Below are positions 38,965 to 52,234 of a DNA stretch of 64,000 bases, in pieces; positions within the stretch are counted from its first letter, which is position 1; every line of letters starts with the position of its first letter. The stretch spans positions 7,564,001 through 7,628,000 of the forward strand of contig OX597822.1 in NCBI GenBank assembly GCA_951406725.2. Reading direction: 5' to 3'. A program made the translations under genes and the position numbers. The notes beneath the pieces were generated by a model that did no database searches, was not told where the DNA came from, and worked only from the letters and a program-made list of their open reading frames with translations. Source of the DNA: Octopus vulgaris (Eukaryota).

Positions 38965-39818
38965 TATAGTATATACACACATGCTTTCACGCACACACAC
39001 ACACATATTCTGCCTGTTCATTCAACGTGATTGGTTCTTCTTCCTTACAGTTTGCCATATTTCTTGTAAACCACATTCGCTCTTACTTCCACTTTCTCTT
39101 TGTCACGCGCATATAATTTTGCCTAACCCTCATCAAGTTCTCCACAAGTAACTATTCTTACTACATCCATATATGAAATGTAGTCGCACGATTGAACGTA
39201 GATTTGGTGTATTCTGGGATCTTCTCTACATTGCCTCGTTAAAATAAGCTGTCCACAAGGAAGTAAGCTTTTTAAAATATTAATAATCTATCTTGAATTA
39301 CAAATGCATTCCTAGCTGGAAGACAGCATTGCATTGAACATTTATATACTGCCGGCGTAGTTTAGACTAACATTTTATTGGAAGAATTATTTTGCAGCCA
39401 CTTTATTCTGTTTGATATCTACGTTGACGAACTTTGGAAAATTGACATCACTAGCTTTTTTTTTTTTTTTTTTAGTGCAAACTCATATTACTTCCTGTTC
39501 ATGATTGTTTTTCCTGAAACTTATCTTGATGTATTTTTATATTCTCAAATAACAAGTAGCGATGGTATGATTGCAGGGCTGATGCAAACAATTCTTTCAA
39601 CACCACCAACGAAATTAGTTCGATATAGCAGCGTCTGTTATCTACAGGAAAACCGCTATTTATATATTGTGTGCCGGTTATCAAGAGCAGAAGCACTTGT
39701 TTACTTTATAATCCATAGAGCTAATTTAATATATTGTTGGTAATTTTAACCTTATCAATAACAGTAATTTTGTATTTCACTGATATAGCTTACTTATATC
39801 TAGAAGATATACAATATA

Positions 39819-40186
39819 GGCGCAGGAGTGGCTCTGTGGTAAGTAGCTTGCTAACCAACCACATGGTTCCGGGTTCAAGTGTCTTCTACTATAGCTTCGA
39901 GCCGACCAATGCCTTGTGAGTGGATTTGGTAGACGAAAACTGAAAGAAGCCTGTCGTATATGTATGTGTGTGTGTTTGTGTGTCTGTGTTTGTCTCCCTA
40001 GCATTGCTTGACGACAGATGCTGGTGTGTTTACGTCCCCGTTACTTAGCGGTTCGGCAAAAGAGACCGATAGAATAAGTACTGGGTTACAAAAGAATAAG
40101 TCCCGGAGTCGAGTTGCTCGATTAAAGGCGGTGCTCCAGCATGTCCGCAGTCAAATAACTGAAAAAAGTAAAAGAGTAAAAGAGTA
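39819..40186 (+). mobile_element. SINE family S2 with a small deletion after the B-box
   Basis: Aligns with 18895-19386 but lacks gtcccactgcgtggcaccttgggca. Confidence 0.9.
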
Positions 40187-40199
40187 ATAGTTGATAATA

Positions 40200-40325
40200 T
40201 TCTTTCTTTAGTACAAATCGTGAAATCTTGGGGGAGGAAGACAGTTGATTAGATCTACCCCAGTATGCAACGGGTACTAAATTTTTCGACCCCGAAAGAA
40301 TGAAAGGCAAAGTTGACCTCAGAGG
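40200..40325 (-). mobile_element. SINE family S1, 3' portion
   Basis: tcgaccccgaaagaatgaaaggcaaagttgacctc core. Confidence 0.75.
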
Positions 40326-41187
40326 AACAGCAGTTGATAATATTAACTGACATAGGTTGTAATTTTTATCTAGGGTTAGAATTAAGTAAAATTACCTTCC
40401 CAAATATTGGAAATAAATCACACAGCGGAATAATCTCGCGTCTCTTGAGAAATGCATCCTGTAAATATTTTGTTCCTTTTCGATTATCTGCTGATATTCA
40501 GAGCATACTCTTGTGATTTTCCGATTATTTTACCAATGAAACAAATGTTATTCATTCTGGCTGCAAATAAGCAACACCATCTTGCATACACACACATGGA
40601 AGGAAGGCGCATCCATCACTTATTCAAACACTTCTGGAGCTATATAATGGTATGTGCGAAGATTTTGTACTCACAAATTGAAGTATCGACAAATCAATTC
40701 TACGATATCAAGCGTCTTCCGAATAAAGAATACACGGTGTGACTATCATTGTACACAGACACACACACACACATACACACACACACACACACCTTGCTAA
40801 GGAATTGTGATATTAATAACGCGGCGCAGAACCCAGCATACGTATGAATCTGAATAAAGCGTTATTGTAGTACAGAGCGGGAATAAGGAAGAAAATCTAA
40901 TGACAAAGGAATAACTGATTATCTTATGAGCTTAATTAGCTAACACCTGCTTTCGCTATAAGATGCACTGGACTCATAGTGTGGTTCCTGATTAATACTT
41001 CATAGCTTCATCTGAGCATCTAACAAGTTTGAAAACAGGAACTCGACCCTGATTCCACCACATCGTGTAACGGAAACAGCTGTAAGCTAATGACGTCTAT
41101 CAGATAATCATTTAATCATTTATTCCTTTGTCATCTCTTACATTCTTATATATACAGATACACGTAGTAGCTTACTTACTGACATAC

Positions 41188-41451
41188 GAAAATAAAAAAA
41201 TAAATGCGTCCTTTTAAAGCCTAGCCAGGCTCACGGGCCCGGTTTCCCGGTTTCTATGGCGTATGTGTTCCCCAGCTTGACTGGACGCCAGTTCATCTCA
41301 GCGTTACTCATTTTTGCCAGCTGAATGGACTGGAGAAACGTGAAATGAAGTGCTTTGCTCAAGAACACAACACGCCGCCCGGTCCAGGATTCGAAGCCAC
41401 AATCTTACGATCATGATGCTGACACTCTAACCACTAAGCCACGCGCCTCCA
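41188..41451 (-). mobile_element. tRNA-derived SINE family S4 (V-SINE-like central domain), full length
   Basis: Head ggaggcgcgtggcttagtggttagag...gcttcgaatcc, central gatgaactggcgtccagtc and catagaaaccggg, A-rich tail. A 10-bp TSD actgacatac is at 41178-41187 and 41452-41461. Confidence 0.88.
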
Positions 41452-41639
41452 ACTGACATACATTGAAAGTGCATTGAAAATGAATCCCACGTGGACAAGA
41501 TTCTTTCAGTGGGAGGTGACTGTACCCTTCTTGCGCATGCGCAGAAATTTTCGCACCGGTACAGAAGTACAGTGATTGTACCGATTTTCTTTTGCCAAAG
41601 CTTGGTGATACTCAAGTAGATTCTATAGGACTTTGGCGA

Positions 41640-41910
41640 TATTATAAGCAAAACTTAGATCAAGGAGTTGTACAGCCGCTTCAAACATAGGAGCACCTAA
41701 GTGGAGAGCGGAGCACGCTCAGGCAGGCCGTCTACAAGCCTAAATTAGGAACTGATTAAGAAAATTCGGTGAATAGCCATCGAAGACTGTCATGTAAGAA
41801 ACCAGGAAATTGCTAACGAAGAGGGAAGAAGCACAGGATCAGTAGATTCCATTTTATCGGAGATTTTGTGCATGCGAAGAGTGTCCGCAAAATTCGTTCA
41901 GAACATGTTT
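41640..41910 (+). mobile_element. Mariner N-terminal fragment
   Basis: IKELYSRFKHRST*VESGARSGRPSTS and ILSEILCMRRVSAKFV motifs. Confidence 0.7.
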
Positions 41911-42699
41911 GATTGTACAAACCTTAATCAAATTTCATCGCCACTGTTGTTGAGACATATTTTGCGGTCTCTGCTACATGTGTTCGATCGTCTTGTGTGC
42001 AAATGAAAATCTAAGTTACGTACATTACACGTCTGTACTCTAGGCATAAAAGCCGGGAGTTGAGGCCTACTGGCGCAAAGGATGAGTGGTGTCGTCTCCC
42101 ACCCAAAGGAGTTTGGCCACATGACATTACTTTTGGAAGGAAAACATATTGTCTGAAACGTTTCGAACGAACTTCGTATATTCAAACGTTCGAACTGTCA
42201 TAATCCGATAATCTACGAAAATCATAGTCTTAACATGCATTCGTTAGAATATAGTGTAATAGGGAAGCAATAACAAATAGTTTGATATAATACAATTGCT
42301 ACACTGCAAACAATAAACAGGCATATATAATATTAAATTGATATTGAAGATCGCAATTGCTGGTGTATCCATACAAAGAAATTAATGTGTATTCCTTTCT
42401 TTTAGCTCTTCAGTCACCCGACAATGGCCATGTCGCAGCAACGGCTTATTAAATTTTGTTGCACGAAATAAGCTCAGTAATTATTTATTTTCATGGTATC
42501 ATTTCTTCCTGTTCGTCTCTGGCTCTGTTCAAACAAGTTGAGAGTCTGTTTATTTCTCTGCCTAAGTAGGCCCAAACTAACAATCGTGTGCTGCGAAGTT
42601 TTTAAAATAAGACATTATATATCGTTTCAAAACTTTGGAAAAATGATAGCAGGTTCTGCAGAAAAGGTACTTAGATAACACCCACTCCAGTGCGTGAAT

Positions 42700-42910
42700 A
42701 CTATTAATTCTATCGATCTCGAGATGATGAAATGCAAAGTCGACACCCGTCGAATGTGAACTTAGAGAGTAAAGACGGACGAAATACCGCTAAACATGCC
42801 AGTAAATTTGAGTGGGGAGATAAGTTGATTACCTCGATCCCAGTATTCAACTGGTACTTATTTTATCAAACCCGAGAAAATGGATGTCAAACTTGACACA
42901 ATTCGAATAA
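42700..42910 (-). mobile_element. Two nested, degenerate S1 SINE pieces
   Basis: gatgaaatgcaaagtcgac...gtaaagacggacgaaataccgctaa, and ccagtattcaactggtacttattttatc. Confidence 0.65.
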
Positions 42911-43569
42911 GGCCAAATAAAATAAGGTAATCAATATGGAAGTAGAAGTGCAAATATTGAGTATAATTTACACCAATTAAACAACGGAAAGTAGATTTTA
43001 TAAAATCATTTACTGCTTTTTTGATAAGGAAATAAGTTCGATCCATTCATTGTATCTCTCTTCACGTTAACTATATTTCACACATTTAGATACTAATAAA
43101 ATTATGTTTTCCTTGAAACAATTCATGTTTCAAAATATGAAGTAATATTCGATGTCGTTGAATATATACAAAGAATTTATACAATCAAATGCAGATAAAT
43201 TCCTTCGCACAATATTAAAATATTAACTGGATATTAAAAAAATGTAGTTATTTGTAAAAAATTATTAAATATATTCCTCGCGAACACAACATCACTAGTA
43301 CAGTGAATATATTTAATGAATATATTTAAATACATCCCATATATTTTTTCAGTGATGTTTTAAAGGTATTGTCACTAAGATGTCGTAGGGGGCGAATATA
43401 AATATTATTCGTGCAAGAATGTATAATTTATTTTAAAGAATCAATTATGTATACACAAAGCTAATTGCATAAAAAATAAAATAAGAGAAAAAAATATGAG
43501 CATTTTAAAGTTTTATGTCGTTGAGACTTTATAAGAATCTGACAAGTTAATGGTTTCTCATATAAACTT

Positions 43570-44130
43570 GAACTCCGTCCGTTACGACGACGTGCGTTCT
43601 AATTGATCCGTTGAAGAATCAATTTGCTCGTGAAATTAACGTGCTGAGTACTCCGCATGCACGCATGCCTTTAATGTAGTTATCAAGGAGAACCAGCGTG
43701 ATCGAGAATATGACAAAGGTGGATCTTTGAATTTCAGTTAAAACCAATAATTGCCAACGTGAAATGAATTGCTTCGCTAAATGACACCAGACGCTGTTGA
43801 TAATCGAAACTCATGATCATACGTTCGTGAACAGAATAACCTAGCCATCAAGTTACGTGCCTTCACTGAAATTTGCACACCGTCGGTCACGACGAAACAT
43901 GATTTAGTTGATCCGAACAACGGAACACCTCGCTCGAGAAATTAACGTAGCAATGGCAAAATACATGAAGGCCGGTAGCGCCCTTGAAATACAGAGGCTA
44001 AAATATTTTGCAAGCTGAATGGACTGGAGAAACTTGATATAAAGTATCTAGCTCAAAAACACAATGCGTCGCCGGGTATCGAACTCACGGCAACTTTCAG
44101 TCATATACAATGGCCACAAAGCCACGCGCG
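43570..44130 (-). mobile_element. Two tandem old SINE copies with an S4-like head and the tail type seen at 52060-52230
   Basis: actccgtccgttacgacgacg...ttgatccg...gctcgtgaaattaacgtg is the reverse complement of the 52150-52225 tail. It recurs at ~43880-43950. Confidence 0.65.
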
Positions 44131-44254
44131 TTCCCGGTTTCTCTCATATTACTTGGGTTTTAGCGGATATGATACGGAAGCGGATATGTTGTGCTCTTCT
44201 GGTAGCATTTTTGAAACACAAAAGAGCACATAGAAACAAACAACAAAGTATTGG

Positions 44255-44451
44255 TTTTAAAACATGGTCAGCAATTTCGAGGAGACTGCAAGTCGATTAC
44301 ATCAATTCCAGTAATTAACTGGCACTTGTTTCTATCAATACCGAAAGGATGAAGCGTAAAGTCAACACTGGTGACATTTTAACTCAGAGCGTGTGAAATA
44401 CCGCTAAACATTTTGCTCCGTGTGCTAACGATTCTGCCAGCTCTCCTCCTC
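44255..44451 (-). mobile_element. SINE family S1, diverged
   Basis: gaaaggatgaagcgtaaagtcaac...gtgctaacgattctgccagctctcctcct. Confidence 0.75.
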
Positions 44452-44924
44452 AACAAGTAACAAAATATTGAGAAACATGTGAAAATCTAGGATACTATGA
44501 AACTGACACACTTCTAAAATCAGCAAAGGTATTCTTGTTATTTAATAGCAATAAGTAATAATTTTATACCCCATAATGAGATAAGTTTTGTTCTTGACAG
44601 AGGAGTTAAGGTGTCTATTCTAATCTAAATTATAATTGAAGCTGATTGATGAAAAGCACATCTGTGATTCGATTTGTAATTTATACTGATAGATCAATCG
44701 GAAAATTTTCCCCAAATTAACATTTTTAAATATTTGTAACAATAAATATATATGGATACCCAAATACTTTATTAATATATGACACCACTTAATACTCGGT
44801 ACCCAAGAGTATTTATAACGTAATAGAATTTGGAAATAAAGAAAATAGTCCCTTCAGAGATTTACGAAATGCAATGTCGCATATACAGATTCTAAAGTAA
44901 TGATAATACAAAATTCAAAATACC

Positions 44925-45300
44925 AAGAGCACTCAGAGAGTGAAAACCTCCACGAAGGCAACACCAACGTCTTCTCAACGATTAGGCAGAGATTAATTTT
45001 GAAATGAGAAAATCTGAAATAAACTTGACTGTTGTCACAAACAAGAATACTAAAAATGAACGCGACCGCTCTCAAAAATTAAGCTAAAAATAAAACACGA
45101 AAATTAATCCAGGATCCTTGTTTAGTACCAGATCTATCTCAAAATCTAATCAGTTCATGCCAATCATAGGGTCAAACATCCCTGAAAGTTTTATCTGATT
45201 CCATTGAGCGGCTCTTGAGTTATCTTGATTACGGCAAAAAAAAAATAAATAAATTAACACGACTGAAAACAATACCTCTGCCTTCGCTAATGCGGAGAAA
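44925..45300 (+). mobile_element. Probable non-autonomous Helitron/Helentron-type repeat
   Basis: 3' end gactgaaaacaatacc followed by the hairpin tctgc-cttcgctaat-gcgga. The overall style resembles rolling-circle derivatives, but there is only one copy in the window. Confidence 0.4.
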
Positions 45301-45564
45301 TTATAAGTTGGACTGTTTAAGGATACCACAACAAAAATTTCTATAAAATAGTAGCTGAATATCGAATGCACATGTCCATTTACGGGTGGTAACAGAAAAT
45401 ACATCATTGATGCTAATATATTAATCGCATTATCTTATTTGAGAATCAAACTTCTATAAATTGGGGATACTCAGAGGTTTTAACATTTTAACGAAGAGAG
45501 TTTGGTATAAAACACGAGTATTTTTGCTGTCAAATCTTATAATTCATCGATATGAATAGAAACC

Positions 45565-45615
45565 CTTGTGACTGGATTTGGTAGACGGAAACTGAAAGAA
45601 GCTTGTCTTTTAAAC

Positions 45616-45671
<56 letters not shown>

Positions 45672-46024
45672 GGTGCGTGCGTATGTGTATATGTATGTAG
45701 AAATTAATATATATATATGCGTATATATATGTACGTATATATGCATATATATGTATGTATATATATATGTGTGTGTGTGTGAGTGTGTGTGTGTGTATAC
45801 ACATGTATAAATATATATGTGTGTTTCTGTGTGTGTTTGTCCCCCACCATCTCTTGGCAACCGATGCTGGTGTGTTTTACGTACCCGTAATAAGAGTAGC
45901 TCAGAAATTTAAAACAAAACGATAAAAATAAGTACTAGGTTTACAGAGAATAAATCCTGGGGTCAATTTGCTCGAATATAGGCAGTAGTCAAATGACTGA
46001 AACAGAATAAAAGAATTAAAGAAT
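45565..46024 (+). mobile_element. 5'-truncated SINE family S2 with an expanded internal microsatellite
   Basis: ggatttggtagacggaaactgaaagaagc...[~210 bp TA/TG]...caaccgatgctggtgtg...caaatgactgaaaca. Confidence 0.85.
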
Positions 46025-46328
46025 GCAAGATAGTTTAATCCCACTTCAAAATTATGAAATACAGTTAGGGTTGCAAAAGATCAGTCACTGAAGCTGATAT
46101 TTTCAAGACTCTTCTAGCGACGTAAAACATTCTCTTTCATCTATATTGAGGCAAATTAGAACACGATACCTTTCATTTGAAAACGAATAATGGCATGCAA
46201 GTTTAATGGTATCGAAATTGAGCAGCATTACATAAATTTGCAGCATGAAATAATTAAAATTTCTTTCTCCCAAAATCGAAAGTGTCAGATTGTACAAATC
46301 TTGTTCCTTTCATATATCTGCTGTGGAT

Positions 46329-46560
46329 AAGGCGGTGAGCTGGCAAAAACGTTAGCACACCGGGCGAAATGCGTGGCCGTATTTCGTCTGCCGTTACGTT
46401 CTGTGTTCAAATTCCGCCGAGGTCGACTTTGCCTTTCACCCTTTCGGAGTCGATAAATTAAGTACCAGTTACGCACTGGGGTCGATGTAATCGGCTTAAT
46501 CCGTTTGTTTGTCCTTGTTTGTCCCCTCCGTGTTTAGCCTCTTGTCGGTAGTGAAGAAAT
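46329..46560 (+). mobile_element. tRNA-derived SINE family S1, near full length (Meta/Sauria-core-like)
   Basis: A-box-like gagctggcaaaaacgttagc, B-box-like gttcaaattcc, core gtcgactttgcctttcaccctttcggagtcgataaattaagtaccag. An imperfect TSD atatatct(g/a)ctg(g)tggat flanks it. Confidence 0.88.
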
Positions 46561-47106
46561 ATATATCTACTGGTGGATCAGAGATAAAGGGTCAATATTT
46601 ATCGAACACTATATGTACTATTTATCACACGGGAAGTTATTGAAACAATACAAAAGCTTTCGAATCTGAACTCAAATATCAGAGACATAGTCAGATATTT
46701 TAAGCATCAGCGCTATTTTCCTATTCCAGCGCGTTTTAGCTGAGATATTAGGAAAAATAATTTAATGCCACTGAAAATAACGTCTGTTGCACGCAATCTC
46801 ATCTGTCATATTCTAAAAATCAGTAAAACAGTTTCTTTTCATGAAGCAGTCGAGGCAAATTAATTTCAATAACGAACCCTCGCAATATTTTGACAGGCCG
46901 TCTGATTTAATTATTTTAATGTTTCTTTCAACAGTAATTTCTACTCTTCCTATCATGCATAGGGATAGAGAAAAATCTATAAATGCAATATTTTTTAGTT
47001 AAAACAAAATACACGCTAAAGTAAATGGAATCATGAAACTACATTATATATACAATATAATTCATGCACACAAACGCGCACATGCATATATATGTGTGCC
47101 TATATA

Positions 47107-47158
<52 letters not shown>

Positions 47159-47180
47159 CATGTATATATATATATATTGG

Positions 47181-47221
<41 letters not shown>

Positions 47222-47517
47222 ATTTTTCACTTATATATTTGTTGGAGTGTATCTACAGAGGATTGTAAATATTTATAACAGACCATGAAATCTTAAGATT
47301 TAGGATTATCCGAAATTTTGTAAATCTTCTTGCTCATTACCTCACATTTGACCTGGGGTTATAAACGGAGAACATATTTAGAGTGGATTGTGGGTTTTTC
47401 AAATCGACCTATTAGGCGCTGGCATTCCAGTGTCCTCAATTATAATTATAAATTTAAAATGATATATTTAGATAAATACATTCACACACACACACACTCA
47501 CACACACACACACACAC

Positions 47518-47556
<39 letters not shown>

Positions 47557-48329
47557 TATATATATGTAATCATCGGTATCGGATCACTGGCTCTGAATTT
47601 ACACGGTTTTCAATTTTTCATCTATTGCGGCGGAATATCATAGAGCAATAGAAAGCCAGGTAATATTTATATTAAACTAACACCAACTTGAGAAAGGAAA
47701 AGTTAAGCTATCAGGCATCAACCTCTGGAATTATACATGCAAGTATATCATAATCTATGCTGAGAGATTATTCAACATATGGTGCAGCTGCCCAGTGTTT
47801 TCATATTAAGGTTGCATGAATTATTGAAGATAATGATGCATACATATATAAAATTCAACACTAGTCCATTTTTTGAATGCCCTTACTAATTAAAGCGCAC
47901 AGTCAATGAAATTCCTAAAATATTAATTTCCTAAATATTTTTTTTTCTCCAAAATCGTGATTATGTTGTCCAAAATCTTTTAAAGTGCCCACGATTTCAA
48001 ACACGAGTGACACTATCTATAAGTGTGTACATGAGAGTGAATTGGACAATCGTATCTACCATGGAAGTGTTACACTTTCATAGAGCAAAGAGTTTATATT
48101 ATGAAATGCAGGTCCTATAAATGCAGGACTTAGTATGGCATAGAGTAGTACGATTTATGAAATTTGTGTTAGATACTTCTGCAAGAATACATTGCTAACG
48201 GTTTTAAAATTTCAGATCATTATGGAAATCTAAACACATTCTCAAAATAATTCTCTGCTCTCCTTTTCTCTGCTTCTCTCTAACTCTTTGTGTGTCAAGC
48301 TCCTGGTTTAATATTTCCTGTGATTCTTA

Positions 48330-48685
48330 GCAGCCTCTCGTCGCTCGGGTTGCACTCCGCCGTCATGGAGAGGCCCGATTGACGTGCAGGGTACTGAGGC
48401 CCTTTTTCTTTTCTCTTCGTTCTTCGTGCTGTTTTAGCCATAAGAAGACGCCATCCCTCTGGCTGGGCAGGCAGGCTGGTATTTTGTTGGATGACCGTTG
48501 ACTATTCAGGAGTTCATCCGCCCTTTGTGGGGTCTTGTTTTTCCATCCCACAGGGAGTCCAACAGCACCCTCCTCACCAAGTGAGCCTGGTGGGGTTGTC
48601 AGTTTAGTCGCCGACGTCCCGACCATGCAAGAGGTTGTACTGGATTACATGTTACCAGTAGCACTCTAGAGCGACCTGACAGTAA
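48330..48685 (-). mobile_element. GC-rich putative LINE (RTE-like) 5' UTR fragment
   Basis: GC-rich island starting at a (TA)n. It shares gtcaacgg(t/c)catccaa with 63158-63173 on the minus strand and has a structured 5' end. Confidence 0.45.
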
Positions 48686-48869
48686 TATATATATATATTT
48701 GATTATTTTTTTGTTAAATAATTAGGTAATTAGATATTGACTATAACTGAGATTAGGTTATTCTTGAGTTTATTATGTTTTTTTAACTGAATAGAGAAAT
48801 ACATTTTCTATCTATCTTTGCCTTAAAAATTTATATTTAACATTATAATTGGATTGTATGACATAATCA

Positions 48870-49305
48870 TAATCATTAAAGTTTCTAGTTTGATAATATT
48901 TTTTTTACAAGAAAAATTATTATTTTATTTATTTCTTAAATAATATTGTTTAAATATATTTGCTTATTTATTTAACTGTTATCATTAAACTTAAGATTGA
49001 CTATAACCATAATTCGAATTTATAATTGAATTTAAATTATTCTAATTCGAATTAGGTTATGGCCATGAAACGTACGTAGTGGTTTTACTTATCTTCTAAT
49101 AAACTTTTTAATACTTTTTGATAGTTATATATAATTATTAAAAAAATATAAATATTAATTAATAATTTTAAATTTCAATAATTTAAATTTTAAACTGTAC
49201 ATTTTATATATTTTGTAAATTATATTAATTATTTTTATTTTTATTTTTATATTTTGGTTTATGTTTTTTACTGTTTGATTTGCCTAATAGTGGTTTTATC
49301 TCTAA

Positions 49306-49310
<5 letters not shown>
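48870..49310 (+). mobile_element. Family H3 element, copy 2, with a degenerate hammerhead-like motif at 48984-49088
   Basis: CTTAAGA-ttgactataacc...ggttatggccat-GAAA-CGTACG-TA-gtgg. Homologous to 11945-12390. Confidence 0.65.
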
Positions 49311-49351
<41 letters not shown>

Positions 49352-49780
49352 TGGGGAAATGTGTGAGTAGCATCTTGTATGTTCAAATGTCCATAATTAA
49401 TCATAATATATTTAGAGTTCAAGAGATTCGTCTGGAGAGAGGTCCATACCACTATATTATTTTATTCACGACGTAAATTAACCAGTATCTCAGATTAGAG
49501 CAAAATGCATGATTGAACATTGGAACGAGCAGGCAGTCTTAAATATATAATCTTTCTTCTAACAAGTACAGGAAACTAAAGTAAATTCATTTGTTCACCT
49601 CCTTGTGAATCAGTAATAACATGTGATCGGCTTTGGTATTAGCATCTGACATGTTTCATTCATTTATGTGAGCAGAATAATTAACTAATTCTATGTATCT
49701 AATAGACTTTTCTTGTTCGCTTCAACTTACCTATTCTCCCTCACTATTTCCCTGGCACTTAATATACAAATCTATGCCGT

Positions 49781-49838
<58 letters not shown>

Positions 49839-51130
49839 TGTATGTATGTTTTTATGTATGTTTATATGTATGGATGTATTTATCTGTCTATCTAACTATC
49901 GATCTATCTATCTATCTAGATAAATAGATATATAGATATGTGTGTATACTAGAGAGAGAGAGTGGGAGAGGAAAGAAGACAGAAGCAAATGAAAGAGAGA
50001 GATTGATAAGAGAAAATGGATAGTAATTTCATTTATATCTCTATATCATACATGATTTTCTCAGACGAAGTCATTTCAAATCTTTTAGATATTTCTCCCG
50101 TATTTTACATCGGAATTCCAATATTCACGTGGTTAAATTTGTTGTTCATTCACTCGTATATCATTAAATATTGTACCGGTTATGGAGTAGTGTCGGTGGG
50201 ATGAAATATTTAAATCCTCTGTATAACGTTTGAATTGAGTCTAAATTAGACACAATAAAAACTAATTACGTTTCTTTATTGTTGCTAATATTTGCCCTTA
50301 TGTGGATATGGCATTAAATAAGTAGACAATGAAATGCAAACAAATTTATATATAGTACATGTGACGAAAGAAGCATGACGGATGTATAAATTTAAATAAT
50401 CCGTATAGAAAGTGAAGATCATGCGTAGTGCGTATTTTTAATTGACAAGAAATGATCATCCACAAGTACAAAATAATATGTTTTAATGTATGTATGGATG
50501 CATGTATGGCAACAGGCTCATTCTAAAAAAAATCAAGTAGTGTGCAAATGATTTGAGCTTAAATTCCAAATTCAACTTAAATTCCGAATTCCGAATCCAG
50601 GCAAAATGTTATGGAGACACAGCAATACAGAAAAACACAATATTCACCTCCAAACAAATACATACATACAGTTATACATACGTACATGTATACATACTTG
50701 CATATATAAGTACATACATGCATGTATGTATACTCACATGCATACATACATACATACATACATACATACATACATACATACATACATACATACATACATA
50801 CATACATACGTATACATACATACATACGTACATACATATATGCGTGTGGCTGAGGCTGAAGCAGTTTAGGATAGCATACGGGAGTATTGTGTAATTTGTC
50901 TTATATGTTACATCTTCTTATAAATATTTGTAAGCAGATGTGAAAGGAGCTTTACTATAGGGATATAAATCATATACTTTGCAAACCTGGCACACGTCTG
51001 TTTTAAAAGAATTAAACGGCTTATAAAAGAGGTGTTTTCAAATGCGTGTGAGTTTTGAATGTGATATAAGTGTCACATTATTTTCTTGTTACAGCATTTT
51101 CAATGTTGATTTAATAAGTATTTACAATAT

Positions 51131-51440
51131 GTGGAGGCGCAATGGCCTAGTGGTAAGAGCAGCGGACTCGCGGTCGTAGGATCGCGGTTTCGATTCCCAG
51201 ACCGGGCGTTGTGAGTGTTTATTGAGCGAAAACACCTAAAAGCTCCACGATCTCCGGCACGGGGTGGTAATCCCTGTTGTACTCTTTCACCACTCTTTCT
51301 CTCACTCTTTCTTCTGTTGGCCTGCTCGCTTCGCCAGCGGGGTGGCGTCATTCGAAGGCTAAAACAATGCGAACGCATTGTGACCAGCGATGTGTAGCAA
51401 CATATGATAGCCTGGTCAGTCACGGTGATCACGTGATGTG
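51131..51440 (+). mobile_element. tRNA-derived SINE family S3, tail type a, full length
   Basis: Head tggcctagtggtaag...gtttcgattccc. An 11-bp TSD atttacaatat is at 51120-51130 and 51441-51451. Confidence 0.9.
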
Positions 51441-51534
51441 ATTTACAATATAAGTGTCAAAAGGAATCGTAAATTATCACTGATTTGTGGTTTCGCTACA
51501 ATACAGAACTTAATATTTCATACGCAGTTTAAGA

Positions 51535-51730
51535 CGTGGAGCTGGCAGAATCGTTAGCAAAAGTAACAAGATGTTTACTGTCCTTTCGCTCAAATTTTAA
51601 ATTTCGCCGAGGACGATTTTGACTTCATCCTTTCGTGGTCATTTTTATTTCATTACCAGTAAAATATTGGAGTGAGTCTGATACACGAAACCCTTCCCCG
51701 AAATTGCTGGCACTGTGCCAAAATTTGAAG
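51535..51730 (+). mobile_element. SINE family S1, diverged
   Basis: gagctggcagaatcgttagc...cgccgaggacgattttgacttcatcctttcgtggtc. Confidence 0.7.
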
Positions 51731-51847
51731 CATGTCATATACAGCAAATGAATTGTTGCTAGTGCTTTAATTGAAAAGTTGAAATTTCGTGGGAAATTAG
51801 TTTTTTATTCACATAAGCATCTTGTATGTATATTGCTAAGAAGCAAA

Positions 51848-52234
51848 GTGGAAGCGCAATGGCCCAGTGGTTAGGGCAGCGGACTCGCGGTCGTAGGATC
51901 GCGGTTTCGATTCCCAGACCGGGCGTTGTGAGTGTTTATTGAACGAAAACACCTAAAGCTCCACGAGGCTCCGGCAGGGATGGTGGTGATCCCTGCTGTA
52001 CTCTTTCACCACAACTTTCTCTCACTCTTATTTCCTGTTTCTGTTGTACCTGTATTTCAAAGGGCCGGCCTTGTCACTCTCTGTGTCACGCTGAATATCC
52101 CCGAGAACTACGTTAAGAGTACACGTGTCTGTGGAGTGCTCAGCCACTTACACTTTAATTTCACGAGCAGGCGGTTCCGTTAATCGGATCAACCGGAACC
52201 CTCGTCGTCGTGACCGACGGAGTGCTTCCACCCC
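51848..52234 (+). mobile_element. tRNA-derived SINE family S3, tail type b, full length
   Basis: Same ~180-bp head as 51131. A 10-bp TSD aagaagcaaa is at 51838-51847 and 52235-52244. Confidence 0.9.

Noticed and set aside
47253-47325. Hammerhead-like layout CTACAGA-GGAT...ATCC-GAAA-ttttg-TA
   Set aside because: Two core mismatches, poor stems I and III, and no second copy in the window.
48620-48665. Twister ribozyme match on the minus strand
   Set aside because: The hairpin loop lacks the GUCCYAAGC-type consensus and the pseudoknot partners were not found.
51131-51210. tRNA gene (also the heads at 41380-41451, 39819-39880 and 51848-51925)
   Set aside because: A/B boxes are present but each continues into a SINE body, in three cases with TSDs, and no complete cloverleaf is evident.
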